DNA of 64,000 nucleotides from Octopus vulgaris (Eukaryota), in assembly GCA_951406725.2 (NCBI GenBank), contig OX597823.1, positions 95,232,001-95,296,000 of the forward strand. The letters are read 5' to 3'. Below, piece after piece: positions 12,775 through 24,344 of the stretch. How positions within the stretch are numbered: position 1 is the stretch's first letter; each line of letters opens with the position of its first letter. Position numbers and translations under genes: made by a program. The notes beneath the pieces were generated by a model. The model was not told the origin of the DNA, ran no database searches, and saw only the letters and a program-made list of their open reading frames with translations.

Positions 12775-12828
<54 letters not shown>

Positions 12829-12950
12829 CGCTTAGAAGTGGCATATATATATATGCAGTGATTGCAGGGATCAATTGCAGCGATTAATAGAAATTCTCGT
12901 ATCTTCCATCTTCTGTCTCTCATTAACCTCATATATAAATATATATACAT

Positions 12951-13013
<63 letters not shown>

Positions 13014-13511
13014 TATAGATATACATATATATATTAGTGGAAATTACCATATATATATATTCATACATATGGATGTGTGAGTGTGTGTTTGTATGCATAT
13101 GCATACGTATGTATATTATATATTAAATTAACCAGAGCATGGAAAGCAGTGAGAATCAGATCACTGATGCGTGTATTCCAGCAGACCTGAAAAGTAAATA
13201 ATGTTTCACGCTGTTGGATTTTGCCTGAATAAACGTTTCTCCCTTTGAGACGATGTGTGTTGACAATGCAGAATTCAGTGACATGGCAGACTCTGAATCA
13301 GCTAGTGTTTCAGTATAATTCAGCCGCCTTAAGTGAGAGAGACAGTACACCGGACCTCTGCAGCAGGATAAGAATACTTATTTCTGTCTATAAAATTCAT
13401 CAAACGAAATATTTTCAGATGTATGTTAAGGCCCACAAGGCTGAAAACTACAGAAGATGTAATTAAATTTAAATGAAAGATCAAAGAAACCTATTTTGTA
13501 TATTTTCCTAG

Positions 13512-13734
13512 GTGTGCTATTCCTGGTTACGACAACGACACGTATAAAATCCAAAGTGAAATCCATGAAGAACTGATCAACGAATATATTCCAAAGAGTG
13601 AGGATGAAGGGGAGGTGGTTTATGATAAATGTTTGATATATTCCAATACCACAGAAAATGGAAATCGAACTACACAGAAGTGCAGTTCTTGGGTGTATGA
13701 TAAAACCAATACGCACACCTCAATCACCACTCAG
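13512..13734 (+). CDS. SLC22 exon 2, extracellular loop (CAIPGYDNDT...KCSSWVYDKTNTHTSITTQ)
   Basis: Acceptor ttcctag, donor CAG|gtaagg; C..WVYD....SI.TQ motif; N-glycosylation sequons. Confidence 0.93.
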
Positions 13735-13825
13735 GTAAGGTTATTTTGTAGGTCACTTCGCACATCTATGCTAAAATGTTTATCTTTCTATCTAACTACC
13801 AAGCTATCTATCTATTTATCTAAAA

Positions 13826-13863
13826 CTTTCCGACGAACGGGAATGTGAAACTCTGAGTAACAG
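13826..13863 (+). ncRNA. Minimal hammerhead-like motif in a short repeat (to ~13970; related fragment at ~6700-6760)
   Basis: cttt-CCGACGA-ac(gggaat)gt-GAAAC-tctga-GTA-acag; stem III actc/gagt; stem I has one mismatch. Confidence 0.5.
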
Positions 13864-13967
13864 CTTTTGTTATGTTCTTGAAGCTTTATCAATAAAGCAT
13901 ATTACTCTACCTCCAGTATTCGAGTACTATTTTTTCCACCTTGTTTCACATTTATGTGCTTACTCTG

Positions 13968-14041
<74 letters not shown>

Positions 14042-14067
14042 AAGGGTGAAAAGGAACACACGAGTTG

Positions 14068-14500
14068 ATATATATGAAAAACAAGTAAAAAATAGAAAAT
14101 GCTAAAATAATTTTATAGTGAACATTTCAGTACCGGTTTCGGTCATTTTGAGACCTTTTCAACTGTAACGATTAAATAATTAAATTTAGAAAAATTAGAA
14201 GAAAAGTTTTTTAAAAGAATATTTCTATAGTAGTGTTCAGATTTAAGTGGCATTCTGCCTTTCTCTGACTCCCTTGTTTGCACTTGCAAACAAGGGAGTC
14301 AGAGAAAGGCAGAATGCCACTTAAATCTGAACACTACTATAGAAATATTCTTTTAAAAAAACTTTTCTTCTAATTTTTCTAAATTTAATTATTTAATCGT
14401 TACAGTTGAAAAGGTCTCAAAATGACCGAAACCGGTACTGAAATGTTCACTATAAAATTATTTTAGCATTTTCTATTTTTTACTTGTTTTTTCATATATA
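14068..14500. mobile_element. Near-perfect foldback (~215-bp arms, 2-nt spacer) carrying an HHR in each arm
   Basis: Centre tttgca-ct-tgcaaa at 14277-14290; the arms are reverse complements; the element sits in (TA)n. Confidence 0.9.
14403..14440 (+). ncRNA. Minimal type I hammerhead motif with U3-A8 in place of C3-G8 (mirror copy at 14128-14165, minus)
   Basis: cag-TTGAAAA-ggtc(tcaaaat)gacc-GAAAC-cg-GTA-ctg; palindromic stem III accggt; GUA triplet. Confidence 0.72.
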
Positions 14501-14571
14501 TATATATATATATATATAAAGAGAGGGAGAGAGAGAGAGAGACACAGAGAAAGAGAGACAAAGAGAGAGAG

Positions 14572-14608
<37 letters not shown>

Positions 14609-15464
14609 TGTCCCATCTATCTGTCTGTCTATCTATCTAACAACCCAGTTATCTACCTGCCTATCCATCTCCCTACCTATCTCTTGTCTACTTTTATGTC
14701 CACAAGCGTTTTATATATCCTTAAACTTTTAAAACTTTTTATATCCACGAACCATTAAAGCATTTATATCCGTGATCCTTTAATCTGTGATCCTTTATAT
14801 CCCCCCAACCAATTACAGAAAATTAAAACTCTTTCGACTCTGCTCCCTTTTATTATAGTTCACTTTATTTTCTTTCATTTCACTTCCCCTCTATATTGTA
14901 TCCTATCTTGCTTTATTTTATTTTATTTCTTCTTATCTATCTCTCGGTCAATCCTACAAACTGTATTACTCTGTTATCTTACTAAAATATGAGTGCATAT
15001 ATAGAAGTATGCACAAATATGTGTGTGCATGTCTACATATGTGTGTGCTTGTTCATATATCATGAGTGTGCGTGTATGTGTGTGTATAAAGCTGTTTGCC
15101 ATGATCATGAAAAACATGCAAGTTGTTCATGGAAAGAAGTAAAGATAACCTCTTCAAATCTTGAATATTGAATATTTCTCAATAATCCAAAAGTTATTAT
15201 TTTCGCTTTAGCTGCCACAGAAGATATTGTGATTAACAGCTTTAATAATACAAACATTGAAATGTTATATGAAAGAAGCATTCAGAAATTGTTGCTGTGT
15301 GAATCCATACAATTTCATGGCGTCTGCACTTTATAAAAAGCAGGCGTTGCAATATTTAACGTTAGACCAACTTCTTTTCACTCATTGCTCAATAAAGTTT
15401 TGCTTGCGACTTTGTAACCATCATAGACAAGCATTTCCCTAATGACCATAAACATCTTTTATAT

Positions 15465-15834
15465 TTTATCATTTACAAGTTTCAGACATTAGACTGTGGC
15501 CATGCTGGAGCATTGTTTGAAGAATTCTACTTGAACGAATCAACGTCAGTAGTTATTGTTTTTCTATTAAGCCTGGAACTTATTCTATTGGTCCGTTTTG
15601 CGGAACGTAAACACACCAACATCGGTTGTCATACAATGGTAGGGAACAAATACAAACACACACTTACACACACACACACACACACACACTCACAGACACA
15701 TAAACTCACACACACACAAACACACACATATACATATATATATATGTATATACATATATATATATGTATATACATATATATATATATAAACAAGTCAAAT
15801 TGCGATAAATAAAATTAATTATTATCGCTGGTGA

Positions 15835-15897
<63 letters not shown>

Positions 15898-16070
15898 TGT
15901 ATACACAAACATGACAGACGTCTTTCAGTTTCTGTCAACCAAATCCACTCACAAGTCTTTTATCGACAAGAAGCTATAGAAGGCACTTACCTAAGGTGCC
16001 ATGCAATGGGACTGAACCCAGAACCATGTGGTTGAGAAGCAAACGGTTTACCAAACAGTCACGCCTACAC
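15465..16070 (-). mobile_element. tRNA-derived SINE with an expanded internal (CA)/(TA) microsatellite
   Basis: Tail gtttcag..gactgtggccatgctggagca and head gggactgaacccagaaccatgtggttg. Confidence 0.75.
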
Positions 16071-17060
16071 TCACAACTATGTCATAAAAAGTTTTCACAG
16101 CCACAGCTTTAAATTAGTGTACACGTGTTCAACCATCGTGAGAAGCTCAGTATCAGATGCACACACCAGTGCAATAAATGTCACGGTCACATGCAGAAAC
16201 ACAAATGTTGGACATTACGAACGTAATATTTGTGTGTTTATATTTAGTATGCAATGAGGAGAGCTTAAACAATTAGGCTGGGATATCAATGTAAATTGGT
16301 TAGGGTCTACCAAGGTCTTTTTTATACACATTGCTCCTAAATTCTATTTTCAATTCAGTTGTAAGATTCTATTCATATGTGCGCATGTGTCTGCATGCAT
16401 GTGTATAAGCCAAACAGAATTTACACTGCACCATCACTCTGTGTCCACCCGATCTTTGATTTCTTCAGGAATTTGAGACGTCTGGTCACTTCAGAGTCAA
16501 AAACACCAGACAAGTATCAGTTTGTTCTCCTGTTGGCTCTTGCCGTAAATATGGTGGCCAAGTGGACTGAGGTGAAATAAGGAAGATCCTCATCTAAGTC
16601 AGGGCTTGGGCAGCCCCCAGTAAAAGTATTCATAGCTGACATTGGTGAAATTAGTCCCAAACAGTTGGTGAAGATTGCAAGACATACCTTATTAAGAACG
16701 ACTTACAAGCCACCAAATCAAGTTCCATGATGCCAGAGAAAAGGAAGATGGTCTAGAATCACCAGTCACTTTATTACTAACCAGCAATTATGAGAACTCT
16801 TTGACACAGCTCTGAAATCTCTGCCATCCTTCAAAATCCCATCAATTACAATGGTCAACAATTCAGGCCTGAAAAAGAGAAATCATAGAATAAGGGACAG
16901 TTGGGACCCGAAGGTGTCATCAATTGGCATCAAAGTGGAAATGGAAGGTTGCAGGGTTATGCCTAATACCAAAGGAGTTGATGAGAACCATGGCAACTGG
17001 CAGAATGAATTTAGGATAATTCTTACAAGACCCAAGGTTGACAAGGTCGAAGACAAAGAT

Positions 17061-17910
17061 AGATACCATCTTATCCAGGGAGATATCTGGGTATAGACAC
17101 CATTTTATCCAGGGAGATATCTGAGTATAGACACTATCTTATCCAGGGAGGTATCTGGGTATAGACACCATCTTATCCAGGGAAATATCTGGGTATAGAC
17201 ACTATCTTATCCAGGGTGATATCTGGGTATAGACACCATCTTATCCAGGGAGATATCTGGGTATAGACACCATCTTATCCAGGGTGATATCTGGGTATAG
17301 ACACCATCTTATCCAGGGTGATATCTGGATATAGACACCATCTTATTCAGGGAGATATCTGGGTATAGACACCATCATATCCAGGGAGATATCTGGGTAT
17401 AGACACCATCTTATCCAGGTTGATATCTGGGTATAGACACCATCTTATCCAGGGTGATATCTGGGTATAGACACCATCTTATTCAGGGAGATATCTGTGT
17501 ATAGACAACATCTTATCCAGGGTGATATCTGGGTATAGACACCATCTTATCCAGGGAGATATCTGGGTATAGACACCATCTTATCCAGGGTGATATCTGG
17601 GTATAGACACCATATTATCCAGGGTGATATCTGGATATAGACACCATCATATCCAGGGAGATATCTGAGTACAGACACCATCTTATCCAGGTTGATATCT
17701 GGGTATAGACACCATCTTATCCAGGGTGATATCTGGGTATAGACACCATCTTATTCAGGGAGGTATCTGGGTATAGACACCATCTTATCCAGGGAGATAT
17801 GTGGGTATAGACACCTTCTTATCCAGGGAGATATCTGGGTATAGACACCATCTCATCCAGGGAGATATCTGTGTATAGACACCATCTTATCCAGGGAGAT
17901 ATCTGGATAT
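17061..17910. repeat. 34-bp minisatellite, 25 copies (agacaccatcttatccagggagatatctgggtat)
   Basis: Units start at 17061, 17095 and so on to 17877; the span is exactly 25 x 34, and variants are substitutions. Confidence 0.95.
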
Positions 17911-18300
17911 ATGGAGAGTGAAAGAGTGAAGAAAATGGAATATGTTCTGGGGTTTTATTGATAGAGTTTTCTACAAAAATACATCTCCATGATGCAAAGC
18001 ATGTTGGGACTGGATATTGATTGTGGTTCCAAGACCTTATCGCCATAGCGGGAAGTGTTCTGGCAATGGTTATTGATAATCTTTCCAATATAACTCCTGG
18101 GTCAGAAAAGATTCTGAGACTAATTCTTGAAAACAATCTTTACAACAAAGTCCCCCCACACAAAAGATTCTGGCTTAACTCCGAAGAGTGGCATAAGTGC
18201 AGGAATGAAATTTGCCTAGGGGTGCAAACCCAGGTCCAAAATATTTTACAAAACAAGATCAATTTTTTTCAATCTTAATATTAAAACACAGTTATAATAA

Positions 18301-18302
<2 letters not shown>

Positions 18303-18343
<41 letters not shown>

Positions 18344-18780
18344 CCCTTCGTAACTCAGTGTAGGTAACAGTGCACCGGAGTCTTTAGTCATCTGTCAAGT
18401 TACAACAAGGACCTCAGACAGATAATACTTTCCTTAAGATGAGCGCTGTACCCAATAAGGCTGCTTTTTGCAAAACCTTAATCTTGCATGGGATTTCCAG
18501 TTGCCTAAGGAGGTTTTGAAGTTTCAATGAGATTGAACCCAACGCTTCGACCACCACTGGTATCACTTTTACATTACCCTTTCGCATTCCATACAGTCTT
18601 GTCGTTTCCACTTTCAATTCGGAGTACTTGGTGATTTTTTTTTCAACCTCTTTACTCACAACATTCTTGTCATTTGGTATGGCTACGTTAATGATCTGAC
18701 AGTATTTGTCTCTCTTATTTACTATAACAATATCCGGCCGACGGTGTTCGATTACACGATCCGTTTGAAACTCATAGTCT
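18303..18780 (-). mobile_element. R4/Dong-like LINE 3' end with a restriction-like endonuclease, ending in (TAA)n
   Basis: QTDRVIEHRRPDIVIV...KITKYSEL...VIPVVVEALG...LQKAALLGTALILRKVL, followed by a short UTR and a TAA array. Confidence 0.85.
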
Positions 18781-18843
18781 CATTTATTATTATCAAAATT
18801 ATAAACTGTATACATTAAATAGTTTTCATATTTCTCATCGCAG

Positions 18844-18947
18844 CTGAATCTCGTTTGCGATAAAGCGATTCTGGCAAGTCACACCATTACCTTTTTCTTC
18901 ATGGGCTACCTTTTCGCCATGGTCGGCTGTGGAATTTTATCAGACAG
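18844..18947 (+). CDS. SLC22 exon 3 (LNLVCDKAILASH...GILSDR)
   Basis: Acceptor cgcag, donor AG|gtaagt; LVCD motif; 104 nt. Confidence 0.95.
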
Positions 18948-19617
18948 GTAAGTTCCGTGTCGTATCTGCATGCTGGTGTGTTTAGTGTTTGCATTCTATT
19001 TTATATTTTTGCCTATTTCATATATATGTGTGTGTGTGTGTAGTGCATGAGTCTGTATATATGGTTGTGGATGTTAACTCATGACCGAGCATGACCACTT
19101 CATAAGTTCAAAACCTCCTTGCAAACGTTCTGAGAGTCCAAGAAGTTCCTGTGCATGGATTTGGTTTGAGAAGAACCACTTTTCTGAGCAAACTGCCATA
19201 AAACCAGAGGCACAACAGAGGCTGAGATGACCAGAAGCCAACTGCACTTCAATGTTTTTTTATACAAGTTTACCTTTGCCTAAGAGGAAGTTCTGACAGG
19301 AAATAGGGGTCCTTCATTCCCAGTGATTTACATGCTAATTAAACCATATCTGGGACCCTAACAGGTGCTTCTATTAGAGGTCAGATCTGAGAACAAGAGT
19401 ATAAATACATACCCAAATATATGTACATATATACATACATATAAACATCGGTACACACACATGCATACGCACACTCGCGCACACAGGCACACACACAGAT
19501 ACATACACGCATACATATATATATATATATACATACATATATACATACATGTATAGAATATATATATATATACACACACAGACGTTCATACACACACACG
19601 CACACACACACACATAT

Positions 19618-19770
19618 TCTTTTACTTCTTCCAGTCACTTGACTGCGGCCTTGCTGGAGCACCACCTGTATCGAACAAATCAAGCCCAGGACTTATTTAT
19701 TGTAAATCTAGTACTTATTGTATCGGTTCCTTTTGCCGAACCACTAAGTTACGGTTATCAAGCGATTGAG

Positions 19771-19842
<72 letters not shown>

Positions 19843-20015
19843 AACACAAATATATACGTGCACATACGTGTATGTGTGTGTGGCGGGTTTCTTTCAGTTT
19901 CTGTCTACCAAATCCACTCACAAGGCCTTGGTCTGCCCGAGGGTATACTAAAAGACACTTGCCCAATGTCTAAATTGGAGCTATGTGTTTGGGGAACAAG
20001 CTTCTTACCACAGAG
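19618..20015 (-). mobile_element. tRNA-derived SINE with internal (CA)n
   Basis: Same head and tail blocks as the 15.5-kb and 33.1-kb copies. Confidence 0.72.
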
Positions 20016-20054
20016 CCAATCTTGCGTCTGTGTGTGTATGGATGTGTGTGTTTG

Positions 20055-20089
<35 letters not shown>

Positions 20090-21261
20090 GATATAATATA
20101 TACTTGTGGTGGTGGGGGTGTTGAATGTGTTTGTGTGTGTTTGTGTATATATATATATATAAATGAATATTTATTATTCTTAAGCAAGAATGTTGTCGAC
20201 AGTGACTTCGAAATTTCGACCAGCTAAGCCACCGTCCAACTGCAATGCATTAGAGTTGGTCTTGCCTTTATATAGTCTCTTGAGCTAGAATCTTCCTTTG
20301 GTGTGTGGGTTTGAGTGGAGAGGTAATCAGGTTTTTATGGTCGGTTATTATGGAGAGGTGTTCTGGCGAAATTTTTATTGATTAAATTTGGGACGATGTT
20401 ATTGTTTAGAATTCATGTAGGGAGAAAATTGTAGACAAGTGTGTAGGTGTTTCTCTTTTGTTAGGTAGGCACGAGGTGGGAGAGTATTGTTTTTGCTTTT
20501 GGTATTATTGGATGTATAGGATTTGACAATGCAAAGGTCAAAGGTACAAAGTCCAGTATTCAAATCCTTAGTAATTGGGTGCCTCAACGTTTTGTTTCTA
20601 ACAAAAGAATGTAGATAGATGGTAAATTCTGGCTGAGAAATACCTAAACGTATATAAATTTCTACATACCATAAGATTAGTACCAGGCTTGAGAAAAAAG
20701 TAATGGGATCGTTTCATTTGACTAGACATTCCTCAAGGCAGTGCCCCAGCATGGCCAAAATCGAAAGACTGAAACAAGTAAAAGACACATTAATAAACAC
20801 TAATATATAGTACAACTGTTTCTTCACAATTTAAAGCAAATAAAGAAAGCTAGGTGATCTGATTAGCGGAACATCAACTGTTGAACTTTAAATATACACA
20901 ATAAAGTCCACTCTTTATATATACAGTGTACTTAAGGCCAGAATTGGACGAAATTACATGGATTTGGGCCATAGAAGTAAATATCAAAGTGAAGATATAT
21001 TGTGTTGCTATCATTATAGAAAAAAATGTTCATCGCATTTGGATATCCTCATATCAATTAAGTTCAAATGCTAGAAAGAAATTCAGGAATTCCCCATCCT
21101 TAATTTAAGCAAAATAACAAGAAAAAATAAAAAGAGGTGAAGTAAAAATAATATAAAAAAACATATGAAAATGTAAGCAAATAATATAAAAGAACTCTTC
21201 ACCAAAGTAATTACACAAAAGGGAAAATGGGGGACAAAAGATCTGATGATTTAAAGATTCT

Positions 21262-21690
21262 ATGGAATTCATGGATAACTTACTTTTCCTGGATTGTTAC
21301 ATGATGTCCTTCCATAACTATTCGCCGAATCTTCTCAGTCACCGCCTCGTTTCCGCTTGTGGATGGCCTGCCTGAACATGCTTCACCCACCACTCGGTAG
21401 AAGCCATGTTTGGAGCAGTTATACCACTCCTTAATCTGAGTTTTGTCCATGGTATCATATCGCCAATGGTTTGCTGAATTCTCTGGATGATTTGAGCTTG
21501 AGTACCACCAAGCTTTTGGCCAAACATGAAAATCCAAGTGAGAAGTACATATCTGTACTTTAGGCATAACAGCCAATAATTGATGCAACCTACAGGCGCA
21601 CGAAGCGCAGTGTCACCCACCATCTAAAGTATTTTGCCCACGTGACATTAGATTTGGAGGAAAAAACATTAGATTCGGATACCTTTTGAG
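21262..21690 (-). mobile_element. Mariner transposase N-terminal fragment (decayed)
   Basis: QIKEWY...SGRPSTS.NE...EKIRRIVME....TI in ORF 21280-21588. Confidence 0.7.
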
Positions 21691-21697
21691 CACACCT

Positions 21698-21744
<47 letters not shown>

Positions 21745-21785
21745 AATCAGATGAATTTTAAGTTTGTCTTTTCGATCTTTTTCAG

Positions 21786-21940
21786 ATTTGGCCGCAAGAG
21801 AGTGATAATTGTGTGTTTATTCTTGCAAGGGTCAACCGGAGTAGCAATAGCCTTCATCTCCAACATTTATGCCATATATGTGTTACGCTTTATCACTGCT
21901 ATTGGTGGTGCTGGATCCTACATTCCCTCAGTTGTCTTTG
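21786..21940 (+). CDS. SLC22 exon 4 (FGRKRVIIVCLFLQG...LRFITAIGGAGSYIPSVVF)
   Basis: Acceptor tttcag, donor G|gtaagc; completes MFS motif A (DRFGRK); 155 nt. Confidence 0.95.
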
Positions 21941-22149
21941 GTAAGCAAACAACAATAAAATACCATAAATATTCACTTTTAAATTTGAATGCAAGTTCAA
22001 TTATGTTCTGTCGTTTATTCTTTGACTGCTTTCATCGATCAGAAGGAGCCCTTTCAGATGTTTTAATCATAAACAACTTTATTTTATCTCATTACGCAAG
22101 AAATGTTACGTTGCTCTGAGTGGAAAGGCAACAATCTTCATGAAACAGT

Positions 22150-22969
<820 letters not shown>

Positions 22970-22993
22970 TGCACACATATTCATGGTGGCATG

Positions 22994-23029
<36 letters not shown>

Positions 23030-23313
23030 CAGATACACATATAAACACCCACCCACACATATATATATAGGTTATGAACAAACAGAATAAAATGTAACAG
23101 GTTAAACGAGTGTGTGGGTATATGGTAATTGACGATTTAAAGTCTGTTCTCAGCATTTTGGCATAGAAATAATTTTTTTTTGCCCTTGTCTATAAATTGT
23201 TTATAATTTTAACCTTTAAAGGTATTTTAATATAGTGCCACTTTTGATGAAATTTTTTCTGGAAAAAAAATTTATCCCATATTAGTAATATATATGTATG
23301 TATCTATGTATGC

Positions 23314-23697
23314 GGAGGCGCAATGGCCCAGTGGTTAGGACAGCGGACTCGCGGTCATAGGATCGCGGTTTCGATTCCCAGACCGGGCGTTGTGAGTGTT
23401 TATTGAGCGAAAACACCTAAAAGCTCCACGAGGCTCCGGCAGGGGATGGTGGTGATCCCTGCTGTACTCTTTCACCACAACTTTCTCTCACTCTTACTTC
23501 CTGTTTCTGTTGTACCTGTATTTCAAAGGGCCGACCTTGTCACTCTCTGTGTCGCGCTGAATATCCCCGAGAACTACGTTAAGGGTACACGTGTCTGTGG
23601 AGTGCTCAGCCACTTACACGTTAATTTCATGAGCAGGCTGTTCCGTTGATTCGGATCAACCGGAACCCCTCGTCGTCGTAACCGACGGAGTGCTCCC
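23314..23697 (+). mobile_element. Young full-length tRNA-derived SINE with a 10-bp TSD
   Basis: A box tggcccagtgg, B box gtttcgattcc; ctatgtatgc is duplicated at 23304-23313 and 23698-23707. Confidence 0.88.
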
Positions 23698-24162
23698 CTA
23701 TGTATGCATATAATTTTATTAATATTTTTGTTAATTGACACAAGTGCCACGAACAGAATACCCAACTCTAAAGTCGCATTTGAAATCCGCAGCTGAATAA
23801 AAATGATGTAAAAATAGAGTGATGTGCGTGTGTACAGAAAACTATCCATAATTTGAATTTAACGTACGGTAGCGTCTTATAAAGCTAGATATATAAATCC
23901 TAAATTTGCAGAAGAATTTTTCGTTGATTCAGTTTAGCTTAATGGTAATGCACCAGACGCGTGATCACAGGTGTGTGAGTTCGAGTCTCATGGCTGGCCG
24001 CCGACAAATTTCTGCAAAATATGGATAGTTTATCCTGTCCATGCTATATTATTAGCATTCTCCCGCGTTTGAGAATAAAATTATTTCCTTATCTTTCAAT
24101 ACATTTCAAAGCTTCTAAAGCAAACTTTGTTTATTTTCAACGTAAGTTGAATTTAATACGCG

Positions 24163-24207
<45 letters not shown>

Positions 24208-24293
24208 GGAATTTACTAAAGGACAAGAGACGAAGACATGTGTTTAAACAACAAACATGTGTATTAGTTTAACGCTCGGGAAGGTGAGAAAGT

Positions 24294-24329
24294 CTTTTAA
24301 GTTTCGAGCCTACGCTCTTCAACAGAAAG
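24294..24329 (-). ncRNA. Degenerate hammerhead-like motif in a short repeat (~24205-24338)
   Basis: Minus strand: cttt-CTGTTGA-a-gagc(gtag)gctc-GAAAC-tta-aaag; same gagc/gctc stem II as the 205-bp family. Confidence 0.45.
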
Positions 24330-24344
24330 GAACAAGAGTTAATG

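Larger units (their letters stand above)
11647..12778. mobile_element. ~480-bp-monomer non-coding element: about 1.17 units forward plus about 1.17 units inverted, one HHR per monomer (retrozyme/PLE-dependent-like)
   Basis: tactaacaatatagg occurs at 11647 and 12125; aattttcctgtaacaag at 12208 and 12694; the arms are reverse complements; both ends lie in (TA)n. Confidence 0.85.

Noticed and set aside
17061-17910. CRISPR-like appearance of the 34-bp palindromic repeat
   Set aside because: Units are directly adjacent with no unique spacers, there are no cas genes, and the context is a eukaryotic intron.
16400-18280. TE-like sequence flanking the minisatellite
   Set aside because: No recognisable protein motif in any frame I could read; left unclassified.
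20190-20590. Possible PLE terminal fragment with gtcgaaatttcgaagtc
   Set aside because: No CUGANGA half and no translatable motif found.
23925-23998. tRNA-like sequence (tagcttaatggt...gagttcgagtct)
   Set aside because: It has A/B-box-like motifs but no convincing anticodon or acceptor stem; probably a decayed SINE head.
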